Below are positions 11,944 through 21,083 of a DNA stretch of 64,000 bases, one piece after another; positions within the stretch are counted from its first letter, which is position 1; each line of letters starts with the position of its first letter. This stretch comes from a virus: positions 32,001 through 96,000 of IMG/VR virus record IMGVR_UViG_3300002835_000063, one strand, 5' to 3'. The position numbers and the translations under genes were made by a program. A model generated the notes under the pieces. It was not told the DNA's origin, did no database searches, and worked only from the letters and a program-made list of their open reading frames with translations.

Positions 11944-12306
11944 ATGGCAGTACAAATACAACTCAGGAACGACACGGCCGCTAACTGGACGTCTGTAAAT
12001 CCAACGCTCGCCCAAGGTGAGGTTGGCATCGAGCGCGACACCGGCCTCATGAAGATTGGCGACGGAGCTACCGACTGGGATAATCTTGTTTATTCATCTA
12101 TAGACACCACACAAGTTTCTTACACGCATACTCAAAGCGCTGTAAGTAATAACTGGGTAATAGCTCATAACTTGGGATATTACCCAAATATTCAAATCTT
12201 CGACTCTGGAGACAACATGGTCGAGGGCAACGTAACACACTCAAACAATGTTTCCTTGACGGTCACCTTTTCGGCGGGCCTGACCGGAACAGCTTACCTC
12301 TCCTAG
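11944..12306 (+). CDS. small fibre-associated protein with an Mtd-N/hyaluronidase-N-like domain
   Basis: QIQLRNDTAANWTSVNPTLAQGEVGIERDTGLMKIGDG; then a WVIAHNLGYYP module. Confidence 0.75.
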   Translation: MAVQIQLRNDTAANWTSVNPTLAQGEVGIERDTGLMKIGDGATDWDNLVYSSIDTTQVSYTHTQSAVSNNWVIAHNLGYYPNIQIFDSGDNMVEGNVTHSNNVSLTVTFSAGLTGTAYLS

Positions 12307-12320
12307 AAAGAAAAACCTAA

Positions 12321-14063
12321 ATGGCAAAGCAATTCCTGACAGGTCTGAACCTAAATAAGAACGAGCTGCTCAATGCCAGGATTCAAAACCTGACAACTGC
12401 TCCAGCGTCGCCCGTCTCCGGTCAGATCTACTACAACTCAACAGAGGGAACCCTCTATTACTACAACGGCACGAGCTGGCTAGCTCTTGCTCAGGGTGGT
12501 GACGTAAGCGGCGCAATTAACAACGCGATTGCTAACGCAACTACCGACGACATCGACGAAGGTGCTAATAATCTCTATTACACCACCTCTCGTGCTCAAG
12601 AAGATGCAGCTAGTCTTCTAACTAGTGCAACCCTATCTAACATCACAATTACAGGTAATGCTGTAACTGGACTAACCATCACCGCCGAAAACGGTGTAGA
12701 TGATGCCACCACTGATGACCTAGACGAGGGCACCACAAACAAGTACTTCACTGACCTCCGTGCTCAGGAAGCCGCAGCTAACCTTCTAACCAGTGCTACT
12801 CAGACCAACATCAGCATTACTGGTAATGCTATTGCCGGTCTTACAATCACTGCAGAAAATGGTGTAGCCGACTCTACCACTGATGACCTAGTAGAAGGTT
12901 CAAACAACCTCTACTACACCGATGCAAGAGCACGTGATGCTGTAAGCGCTGGAGATAACTCCCTTACTTACAACGCAGTATCTGGTGCATTCACTGCCAA
13001 CACCTCAACCCTTGCAACGGTTTCTTATGTAGACCAAGAAATCTCTGATGTAAACAACACCATTGATGCACTGACTACTTCTGACATCGCCGAGGGAACT
13101 AATGAGTACTTTACTCAAGACCGTGCTCGTCAGTCAATTAGCGCCGGAGACAACTCTCTTACTTACAACGCAGTATCTGGTGTTCTAACTGCCAACACTT
13201 CAACCCTTGCAACTGTAAGCTACGTTAACTCGGTTGTTGAAGGTCTTCACATTCACGCATCTGCTGTGGCTGCAACCACCGGAAACATTAGCATCTCTAA
13301 TGACCTAGAAGTCGGAGATGTTATTGACGGCGTTACCCTTGCTTCAGGCGACCGTGTTCTTGTCAAGAACCAGAACACCGCGTCTGAAAATGGTATTTAC
13401 GTAGTTCAGCCATCTGGTGCAGCTATTCGCGCAGCTGACTTTGACCAGCCAGCAGAGGTTGACGGTGGTGACTTTATCTTCGTAACCGGAGGTACCATCA
13501 ATGACAACACTGGTTGGGTACAGACATCTACCGGTGTAGTAACAATTGGAACTGACCCAATTTACTTCACTCAGTTCTCTGGTTCAGGCACTTTCACCGC
13601 AGGTAATGGTCTAACTCTAGACGGAACCCAGTTCAACGTAGGTGGCACTGCAGATCGCATTACCGTAACTGCTGACGCTGTTGACATTTCTGCCAGCTAC
13701 GTCGGTCAAAGCTCAATTACCACGGTTGGAACTATTAGTACTGGTACATGGCAAGGCAACACGGTTGCTATTGCTTATGGTGGTACTGGTGCAACCACCG
13801 CTGCAGGTGCTCGCTCAAACCTTGGTGCAACTACCAAATATGCAGCTAGCAACACTCTTTTAGAGCCAACTAGCAACGTAGTTACTTGGGCCATTACTCA
13901 CAACCTAAACACCTCGGACGTGTCTGTTCAGATTCGTGACCTAGGCACCAACGCCGAGGTATTTGTAGACGTGGCAATCACCAACGCAAATACCGTAACC
14001 CTATCGTGGAACTCTTCTGCCAACGTAGCTGCTGACAGCTACCGAGCAGTAGTGGTCGGATAA
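12321..14063 (+). CDS. tail-fibre-like virion protein
   Basis: Repeated TTDDL.EG..N.YYT..RA units; GDRVLVKNQ...NGIY domain; C-terminal ITHNLNT module. Confidence 0.8.
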   Translation: MAKQFLTGLNLNKNELLNARIQNLTTAPASPVSGQIYYNSTEGTLYYYNGTSWLALAQGGDVSGAINNAIANATTDDIDEGANNLYYTTSRAQEDAASLLTSATLSNITITGNAVTGLTITAENGVDDATTDDLDEGTTNKYFTDLRAQEAAANLLTSATQTNISITGNAIAGLTITAENGVADSTTDDLVEGSNNLYYTDARARDAVSAGDNSLTYNAVSGAFTANTSTLATVSYVDQEISDVNNTIDALTTSDIAEGTNEYFTQDRARQSISAGDNSLTYNAVSGVLTANTSTLATVSYVNSVVEGLHIHASAVAATTGNISISNDLEVGDVIDGVTLASGDRVLVKNQNTASENGIYVVQPSGAAIRAADFDQPAEVDGGDFIFVTGGTINDNTGWVQTSTGVVTIGTDPIYFTQFSGSGTFTAGNGLTLDGTQFNVGGTADRITVTADAVDISASYVGQSSITTVGTISTGTWQGNTVAIAYGGTGATTAAGARSNLGATTKYAASNTLLEPTSNVVTWAITHNLNTSDVSVQIRDLGTNAEVFVDVAITNANTVTLSWNSSANVAADSYRAVVVG

Positions 14064-14098
14064 TTACAGTAAAATAGAACGAAAGAAAGAGGTCACCG

Positions 14099-14326
14099 GT
14101 GTCTATTAAGTTTTTAGCGCCAATTAACGTAGTCCAAGGAACTTCATTCCCTGTGACGGCATACACCGGTGACCTTTTCTTTCGATCAGACTTAGGATCC
14201 ATGTATACCTACGACGGGAACGCGTGGGTCTCAATGACAGCAGCAGACGTCACTAACGTGGATGGCGGAAACGCATCAAGCTCATACAACATTAATTACG
14301 ACGGTGGCGGACCGTCTACTTTTTAG
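14099..14326 (+). CDS. small virion protein
   Basis: GDLFFRSD....YTYDG..W; C-terminal DGG motifs. Confidence 0.65.
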   Translation: MSIKFLAPINVVQGTSFPVTAYTGDLFFRSDLGSMYTYDGNAWVSMTAADVTNVDGGNASSSYNINYDGGGPSTF

Positions 14327-14345
14327 GATATAAGGAAATAAGACA

Positions 14346-16568
14346 ATGGCAGTCAGAATTCAGTTTAGGCGCGGAACAGCCGCAGAGTGGGTAGCCGCCA
14401 ATCCGACGCTGGCAGTAGGAGAGCTTGGTCACGAGACCGATACCGGCCAGTTTAAGATCGGTAACGGATCAGCCGACTGGGCAAACCTTGTCTACTCTTC
14501 TGTGAGTGAATCATATGTCGATAATGCTATTGCAAATATAATTGACCTTGCTCCAGCAACTCTTGACACTCTAAATGAGCTAGCAGCAGCACTCGGGGAC
14601 GACCCAGACTTTTTTAATACCGTTGCCAACAATCTAACCGCCCACATCTCAGACACAAGCGTTCACGGGATAGAAAATACTTTAGAACTTGCAACTAGTA
14701 CTGATGTAGCAAACATTTTGGGACAACACTCAGGATCAACAGTTAACGTTCATGGAATTGCAAATACTGCTGAACTAGTACTAAATTCACAACTAGCAGA
14801 CTACACCACTACCGCCAATTTAGTCAATACTTATGCTACTATTGCATCTCTAGCAGACTATGCAACCACAGCAAACGCAGTTTTAACCACTCCAAGTATC
14901 AATGACGCTACTATCAATAATGTTTCTGTAGTTGGAACTGTTACTCTGCCAGATACCACTTCTATTGGAGGTGTTAGTGCTACTGAAATATCATATTTAA
15001 ACAATGTAAGTTCTAGTATTCAAAATCAGCTAAACGATAAAGCACCAACTGACAATGCAATTTTCACTGGAAATATTTCTCTGCCAGCGACAACATCTAT
15101 TGGAGATGTAAGCGCCACCGAAATTGGATATCTAGACAACGTAAGTTCAAATATTCAGGTTCAGTTGGATGCTAAGGCCCCAACAGCTAATGCTAGCTTC
15201 ACCGGATCTATTGCCTTGCCAGCTACTACATCTATTGGAGACATTAGCTCTGCTGAAATTGGATATCTAGATAACGTAAGTTCCAATATTCAAGCTCAGT
15301 TGGATGCCAAGCTTTCCACTTCTTCAGCTGCTAGCATTTACGCCCCACTATCTGACCCAACATTTATTAGCACTGTTACCCTGCCAGCTAATACTACGAT
15401 TGGTTTAGTTACCGGTACAGAAATCGGATATTTAGATAACGTAACTTCTAATATTCAGACTCAGCTGGATGCAAAGGCCCCGACAGCCAACCCCACCTTT
15501 ACAGGCACCGTTTCTGGTATTACAGCAACAATGGTTGGACTTGGAAGCGTTGACAATACCGCTGATTTAGACAAGCCAATTTCTAACGCAACTCAGAGTG
15601 CTCTTGATGCCAAGCTAAGCCTAAGCGGCGGAACAATGACTGGCAAGATTACTCTTGACGGAGATCCATCACAGGCACTGCACGCTGCTACTAAGCAGTA
15701 TGTAGACAATCTTGCAGCCGGTCTCCACATCCACGAGGCCGCTCACGCAGCGACTACCGACACACTGGCAAACTTAATAGCTTCAACTGTTACATATGAC
15801 AATGGAACTGATGGAGTTGGAGCTACCCTAAGCTTGGGAGCAAACCTAACTACACTTGATGGCCACACACTAAACAATGGTGACAGAATTTTGGTTAAGA
15901 ACCAAGCAAACGCTGCTCACAACGGTATTTATGTTCGCACTTCGGCCACCCTACTAACCAGAGCTGATGACTTCAACAGCGCCGCCGAGATTGCTGGTGG
16001 AGATCTAGTATTCGTAGAAAATGGAACTCTCTACAACAGCACTGCCTGGGTAGTCGAGAACGAAGTAAGTACTGTAGGAACTGATGACATTCTTTGGGCT
16101 CAGTTCTCTGGAGCTGGAACGGTTACTGCTGGAACCAATATTCAGGTAGACGGTCTTCAAGTTTCGGTAATTTCTAACCCAACTTTTGCAAACGTTGTAA
16201 CGGCAAGCAGCGGTGTTGCTTTCTCAGATGGAACTCAGACCAAACAGGGTGTCCCCTCAATAACGGTAATTAGCCCTAAGAGTGGTTCCTACACCTTAGC
16301 AAGCTTAGACGAGCGCGACACAATCATTGAGATCAGCAATACAAGTGCTACCACACTCACTATTCCACTTGATTCGACCCTAAACTTCCCGGTTGGAACC
16401 ACATTGGACATCATCCAAACCAACACCGGGCAAGTGACCATAGCTGGCGAGGGTGGAGTAACCGTAAACGCCACCCCAGGCCTAAAACTAAGGGCCCGCT
16501 GGTCATCTGCTACACTATTAAAGCGAGCAGCAAACACTTGGCTGGTATACGGCGACCTGAGCGCTTAA
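14346..16568 (+). CDS. tail-fibre-like protein with an Mtd-N-like N-terminus
   Basis: RIQFRRGTAAEW; APATLDTLNELAAALGDD; four LP.TTSIG..S..EI.YL.NV.S.IQ.QL repeats; shares the GDRILVKNQ domain with 12321..14063; ends WLVYGDL. Confidence 0.82.
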   Translation: MAVRIQFRRGTAAEWVAANPTLAVGELGHETDTGQFKIGNGSADWANLVYSSVSESYVDNAIANIIDLAPATLDTLNELAAALGDDPDFFNTVANNLTAHISDTSVHGIENTLELATSTDVANILGQHSGSTVNVHGIANTAELVLNSQLADYTTTANLVNTYATIASLADYATTANAVLTTPSINDATINNVSVVGTVTLPDTTSIGGVSATEISYLNNVSSSIQNQLNDKAPTDNAIFTGNISLPATTSIGDVSATEIGYLDNVSSNIQVQLDAKAPTANASFTGSIALPATTSIGDISSAEIGYLDNVSSNIQAQLDAKLSTSSAASIYAPLSDPTFISTVTLPANTTIGLVTGTEIGYLDNVTSNIQTQLDAKAPTANPTFTGTVSGITATMVGLGSVDNTADLDKPISNATQSALDAKLSLSGGTMTGKITLDGDPSQALHAATKQYVDNLAAGLHIHEAAHAATTDTLANLIASTVTYDNGTDGVGATLSLGANLTTLDGHTLNNGDRILVKNQANAAHNGIYVRTSATLLTRADDFNSAAEIAGGDLVFVENGTLYNSTAWVVENEVSTVGTDDILWAQFSGAGTVTAGTNIQVDGLQVSVISNPTFANVVTASSGVAFSDGTQTKQGVPSITVISPKSGSYTLASLDERDTIIEISNTSATTLTIPLDSTLNFPVGTTLDIIQTNTGQVTIAGEGGVTVNATPGLKLRARWSSATLLKRAANTWLVYGDLSA

Positions 16569-16583
16569 TTAGGAGAGAATTAA

Positions 16584-17960
16584 ATGAGCAAGAGAGCTGG
16601 AAGAAAGTCTCAGGCTTCTAATGACTTTTTAGAGCCAAAAGCCCCGATTAACGTATCTGCTACGGACGTTGGAACTGCCCGTGCCTACAATGATGGCGCT
16701 GCTAGCGTTTCTTTCGAGTTACCAGGAGACTCGCCAGCCGCTACTTCTTATGAAGTTAAAGCATATAAAAATGGAACCACTCTCGACACTACCGCAACTG
16801 GAACAACGGGGGCAAGCTCTCCTATCACAGTTGGCGGGCTAGATTCTGCCACTGGATATACTTTTACAGTATCTGCAACTAACGCTGCTGGCACATCGGC
16901 AGATTCAGCCGCATCTGCTTCTGTAACCATTACAACCGTCCCACAGGCTCCGCAAAGCCCATCAGCCACTTCTACAACTGCTAATCAAGACATCATCTCT
17001 TGGTCAAACGGTGCTAATGGTGGGAAAGCCATAACTAGCACATATTTTGTGTCAAGTGACCAGACCACAAATCCAGGCAACGTAACCATGACCACCAACC
17101 CATGGACTGAGCCAGAAAACGGTGGTTCAACGCAGAACTATACTCTGTATCACGTAAACGATAATGGAACCTCAGCAGGCGCTTCTACCGCTAACGTAAC
17201 TACGATTGCACCATTCTTCCCACCATTCTTCCCACCGTTCTTCCCATTCTTCCCGCCTTTCTTCCCGTTCTTCCCACCGTTCTTCCCACCGTTCTTCCCA
17301 CCATTCTTCCCACCATTCTTCCCGTTCTTCCCACCTTTCTTCCCACCGTTCTTCCCGCCATTCTTCCCACCATTCTTCCCACCGTTCTTCCCACCGATGT
17401 TCCCATTCTTCCCACCGTTCTTCCCACCGTTCTTCCCACCGATGTTCCCATTCTTCCCACCGTTCTTCCCACCTAGATTCCTATGTATTGAAGAAAACAC
17501 AATGATCTTGACACCTAGAGGAGAGATCGCGGCTAAGGATCTTCGAGCAGGAGATACGGTATTGTCAATAGCAATTAATGAGATTGGCAATAACTCTGTT
17601 ACCCCAATTGAATTCACTGTTGGTGCAACTTTGACGAGCACATCGCAGCTAGTCGAGACAAAGATTGTTGGAATTCTAGAGACCGTAAAGACCGGAATAA
17701 CTTACTTCAACGGTAGGTCAGAGGCCAGATATTCTAGCCAGCAGCCACTGTTTGTTAAGTCTGATGGAGAATTCCAGGTAAAGATTGTTTCTAACATTAA
17801 GCTTGGAGATGCTCTCCTGCTGATTAATCCAGATGGAACATACACCGAAGAAGAGGTAACCGAAATTACTCTAGTTTCGGAGCCGGCCAATGTATTCCAA
17901 TTCTCCTGCGAGCCATATCACTGGTTTATAGCTGGTGGCTACTTGGCCCACAATAAGTAA
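16584..17960 (+). CDS. FN3 domains + (PPFF)n tract + C-terminal Hint (intein-like) domain protein
   Basis: FN3 motif VGGLDSATGYTFTVSATNAAGTS; 88-residue P/F tract; CIEENTMILTPRG...DLRAGDTVLS ... HWFIAGGYLAHNK-stop. Confidence 0.85.
   Translation: MSKRAGRKSQASNDFLEPKAPINVSATDVGTARAYNDGAASVSFELPGDSPAATSYEVKAYKNGTTLDTTATGTTGASSPITVGGLDSATGYTFTVSATNAAGTSADSAASASVTITTVPQAPQSPSATSTTANQDIISWSNGANGGKAITSTYFVSSDQTTNPGNVTMTTNPWTEPENGGSTQNYTLYHVNDNGTSAGASTANVTTIAPFFPPFFPPFFPFFPPFFPFFPPFFPPFFPPFFPPFFPFFPPFFPPFFPPFFPPFFPPFFPPMFPFFPPFFPPFFPPMFPFFPPFFPPRFLCIEENTMILTPRGEIAAKDLRAGDTVLSIAINEIGNNSVTPIEFTVGATLTSTSQLVETKIVGILETVKTGITYFNGRSEARYSSQQPLFVKSDGEFQVKIVSNIKLGDALLLINPDGTYTEEEVTEITLVSEPANVFQFSCEPYHWFIAGGYLAHNK
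17211..17474 (+). repeat. coding tandem repeat (PPFF/PFF/PPMF) x23 + PP
   Basis: 12-nt and 9-nt units CCN-(CCN)-TTC-TTC; Pro codons vary (CCA/CCG/CCT). Confidence 0.98.
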
Positions 17961-17978
17961 AAGCAGTACTACTAAACT

Positions 17979-18017
17979 ACCCCCCTTATGATTAGTAAGG
18001 GGGGGTGTTTATTTTTT
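17979..18017 (+). terminator. intrinsic terminator ending fibre operon A
   Basis: ACCCCCCTTA-tgattag-TAAGGGGGGGT followed by GTTTATTTTTT. Confidence 0.75.
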
Positions 18018-18066
18018 AACTTTAATCACTATAATTGAATAGAGTGGTTTAACAGAAAGAATTTAT

Positions 18067-18801
18067 ATGAATACTTGGTTCACAAAAGACAGATCAGAGA
18101 CTGACTCTAATCGAATGCCCCCAAGACCACTGGGCCAAAAAATACAAGTATTAAACCCTGCCTTAGGGATAAATGTATATCGTGGCGCAATAACAAAAGA
18201 AGAGGGCAGGGCTTGCGTAGACATTTTAGAGTCAACCTTAAATGGCCAAACTCAATACAAATGGAGTGATGCTCAAGTTACAAATTCTTCAAAGGCTAAC
18301 CTAGAAGCAAGAAATGCCAAAGATTTTAAATTTAATTCGACTGGCCTAGGGCCAAAAAATGAAGAAAATGAAAAATTATATGAAATGCACGAAAAAATTT
18401 TTAGGGCAGTAAAAGCATGTGTAGATGATTATGGTTATTACTGGGGCGTTGGGATAATGTCATATGAGGCTTTTAACTTTGTTAAGTATGAAGGAGCCGG
18501 GACCCACTTTAAAATTCACGCAGATCATGGCCCAACATATGTAACTACGGTGTCTATTGTCGTGTATCTCAACGATGATTATGAGGGGGGAGAACTTTGG
18601 TTTCCCCGATTTGATTTAACCCTAAAACCACAAGCTGGAGATATAGCAGTTTTTCCGTCAACATACATCTACGAACACGCTTCGCAGGACATGATTAGTG
18701 GGACTAAGTATTCTGTTGTCATTATGAGCGACTATAATGACAGAGATAATGTAAACCAAAGAGTGCCTCAAACCATTCAAAATTATCAACTTAAGTACTA
18801 G
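18067..18801 (+). CDS. P4H-like 2OG-Fe(II) oxygenase #1
   Basis: HAD...YLNDDYEGGEL.F...YEHAS...KYS; TATAAT at 18030-18035. Confidence 0.9.
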   Translation: MNTWFTKDRSETDSNRMPPRPLGQKIQVLNPALGINVYRGAITKEEGRACVDILESTLNGQTQYKWSDAQVTNSSKANLEARNAKDFKFNSTGLGPKNEENEKLYEMHEKIFRAVKACVDDYGYYWGVGIMSYEAFNFVKYEGAGTHFKIHADHGPTYVTTVSIVVYLNDDYEGGELWFPRFDLTLKPQAGDIAVFPSTYIYEHASQDMISGTKYSVVIMSDYNDRDNVNQRVPQTIQNYQLKY

Positions 18802-18812
18802 AAAGAGCCAAA

Positions 18813-19583
18813 GTGTCAGAACAGATCAACAAAACCGAAGAAGAAGTACGCCTAGAGGCAGAACAAAAAAGTAAAGAAGAGCAAAAAAATATACACGAGC
18901 GGCTAGTAAATTGGTACAAAATTGACGAGGTGACTTGGAGTTCAGCAGAAGAAATTGTTCCTGGCAGCGGCATTTGGGTATACCATGATGTTTTGCCCGC
19001 CGAGATGAATATAATTTCTCGGTTAGAAGAAGTTTTAGATAATCCAGAAAATAACTATCAGTACCAAGAAGCAATGGTCGGATATGCAATGAAAATCCCG
19101 GAGTACCGAGACTGCGTAGATTTTAAATACAAAGAGAATGACTTTGACAATGATCAGTCAGAGTGGGGTGACAAGCTTCGACAGTTGGCAAAAGATACAA
19201 AGTATAGACAGCTACAGGTAGTAAAAGATTACACAAGAAGATATAACATCGGCGAACTTCGTTACTGGGAAGCAACCAACTATGTTCGCTATGGAGTTGG
19301 CCAACACTTCCAGGAACATCACGATCACGGGTACTCCTACAACTGTGTAGTTTCTTTGGTTGCGTACCCAAATGACGACTACGAAGGCGGTGAGCTTTAT
19401 TTCAGATTACAAAACATAACTGCTAAAGCCCGCGCTGGCGATGTTTTTATTTTTCCCTCTAATTTTATGTACCCACACAGGGCAATGCCAGTTAAGTCTG
19501 GAGTTAAATACTCTATGGTTACTATGCTTGATTACTCAGAAAAACTACACAATCCAGAATTTTTTAAGGAGCTAGAGAACTAG
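18813..19583 (+). CDS. P4H-like 2OG-Fe(II) oxygenase #2
   Basis: HHD...YPNDDYEGGEL...YPHRA...KYS. Confidence 0.9.
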   Translation: MSEQINKTEEEVRLEAEQKSKEEQKNIHERLVNWYKIDEVTWSSAEEIVPGSGIWVYHDVLPAEMNIISRLEEVLDNPENNYQYQEAMVGYAMKIPEYRDCVDFKYKENDFDNDQSEWGDKLRQLAKDTKYRQLQVVKDYTRRYNIGELRYWEATNYVRYGVGQHFQEHHDHGYSYNCVVSLVAYPNDDYEGGELYFRLQNITAKARAGDVFIFPSNFMYPHRAMPVKSGVKYSMVTMLDYSEKLHNPEFFKELEN

Positions 19584-20329
19584 TGTCAATAGTTTCGATA
19601 CAAAAGCTTTTTAAAGAGGGAGACGTTGCAAATATTGAGCAACTTCCAGCCCGTAGAGACTGGATGGATCAAACTCAGGACAAACATGCCTACATGTGTT
19701 TTCCCTTAAATCTAACAAACAGGCTTGGTTGGTCAATATCTTTTCCGGAGGATATTTCTTTTATTTGGGACGGAGTAACAGATACTTCTCCAGATCATGT
19801 AAAAATTTTAAAAGGAGAAAAATTTGTTCACCCAACTAGGGGAAATGCAACAATTAGTTTTTTAACTGGTTTAAAGTTCACAACAGACCAAAATACTTCT
19901 ATATTGGCAATGCCAGTACCCAACTTGTTTATCAGGGGGGCGCAGTGCTACACAACTCTGATGAGCACCTCTTTTTATATACACATGCTTCCACTGGCCT
20001 GGAGAATTACTGAACCAAACATAGAAATAGAAATACCAGCCGGAACCCCCGTAGCTTCAATTTTGCCAATCTCTTTAACAAATCTAGAGAACGACTACGA
20101 ACTTCAAATTACCGAGGACCTGCCAGACGGATCCTACTGGGAAGAAGTTAGAAAGTATGGCGATGCAACCATAATTAAAAATGGCGCGGGCGACTGGTCA
20201 AAAATGTATAGAGATGCCCTAGACTATAACGGAAATTCTGTTGGCTCTCATGAAACTAAATCAATAAAATTAAAAACTGTAGTATGCCCGGCTACAGGAA
20301 AAAACTATGAAATAGAGGAAACTATTTAA
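19583..20329 (+). CDS. DUF6065-like protein
   Basis: RDWMD.T...HAY.CFPL..TN.LGW.I..P.D; GTPVA.I.P. Confidence 0.7.
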   Translation: MSIVSIQKLFKEGDVANIEQLPARRDWMDQTQDKHAYMCFPLNLTNRLGWSISFPEDISFIWDGVTDTSPDHVKILKGEKFVHPTRGNATISFLTGLKFTTDQNTSILAMPVPNLFIRGAQCYTTLMSTSFYIHMLPLAWRITEPNIEIEIPAGTPVASILPISLTNLENDYELQITEDLPDGSYWEEVRKYGDATIIKNGAGDWSKMYRDALDYNGNSVGSHETKSIKLKTVVCPATGKNYEIEETI

Positions 20330-21069
20330 TGGAAACTAAAAAAATTAAGTTTGTAGTAAATAGACCTTGGTTAAGTAAAGAAAGTAGTTCTCTGCCAAAA
20401 CCAACAATAAAAACTATTCCAGATTGGTACAGAGAGGGGGATCGATATGCAAAACATCCAGTAACTGGAGAGTACTGGAAAGATCCGCAGAATGGCGGAA
20501 AAATTCCAACTTGGAAAGCTTGCCCATCGGTATATGACATCATGGGCTCTGGCTATGTTTACAGGACTCCCTGCGACATTGAATTTAAAGAAAATATTTA
20601 CGGACAAATAGAAGCCAAAGTTTTAGACGAAAAAAATAAAGACTTTTTGCAACTTAGAACGCCCATGCCAGGATTTAAAGCTCCAATGGGATACCACGAT
20701 GTTCATTTTGCGTGGTGGGCTGATTGGGCGGTCGAATTGCCCGAGGGGTATAGTGCACTTTACTCCCAGCCGTTTAATAGATTTGAACTGCCGTTTATTA
20801 CAACTAGTGGAATTATTGATAACGACAAAGTCCATTTGCCGGGGACAATGCCATTTTTTGTTGTAAAAGGATTCCAAGGAGTTCTACCAGCAGGAACTCC
20901 GTATGCTCAGATCTTGCCATTTTTAAGAGAGCACTGGGAATCTGAAATTGTAGATTCCATAGGTTACGAAAAAATGGTACAAAAAAATATGGACAACAGC
21001 CAAAAATACAGGGTCCCAGACGGCGGGGTTTACCAAAAAGATGTCTGGGAACGAAGAAAATACGAATAA
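20329..21069 (+). CDS. DUF6065-like protein (second type)
   Basis: IPDWYR...TWKACP...GY...P.D; PEGYS.LY.QPFNR..LPF....GIID.D; GTPYAQILPF. Confidence 0.65.
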   Translation: METKKIKFVVNRPWLSKESSSLPKPTIKTIPDWYREGDRYAKHPVTGEYWKDPQNGGKIPTWKACPSVYDIMGSGYVYRTPCDIEFKENIYGQIEAKVLDEKNKDFLQLRTPMPGFKAPMGYHDVHFAWWADWAVELPEGYSALYSQPFNRFELPFITTSGIIDNDKVHLPGTMPFFVVKGFQGVLPAGTPYAQILPFLREHWESEIVDSIGYEKMVQKNMDNSQKYRVPDGGVYQKDVWERRKYE

Positions 21070-21083
21070 GATAAACTAGACCC

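Noticed and set aside
11944-16568. Diversity-generating retroelement, suggested by two Mtd-N-like domains
   Set aside because: No reverse transcriptase, and no template/variable repeat pair differing at adenines, seen in the window; Mtd-N is a generic fibre-attachment domain.
17211-17474. CRISPR array or non-coding satellite
   Set aside because: Units of 9-12 nt with no unique spacers, in frame within a CDS; the Cas4-like gene at 44.6 kb sits in a recombination module.
17150-17641. Alternative-frame ORFs over the PPFF tract (His/Ser-rich, GGKN and VGRT repeats)
   Set aside because: Shadows of a stop-free repeat. Variation falls at third positions of Pro codons in the PPFF frame, which is continuous with the FN3 and Hint domains.
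17484-17960. Mobile splicing intein
   Set aside because: No homing endonuclease, +1 residue is Lys followed by a stop, and it is not inserted in a conserved enzyme.
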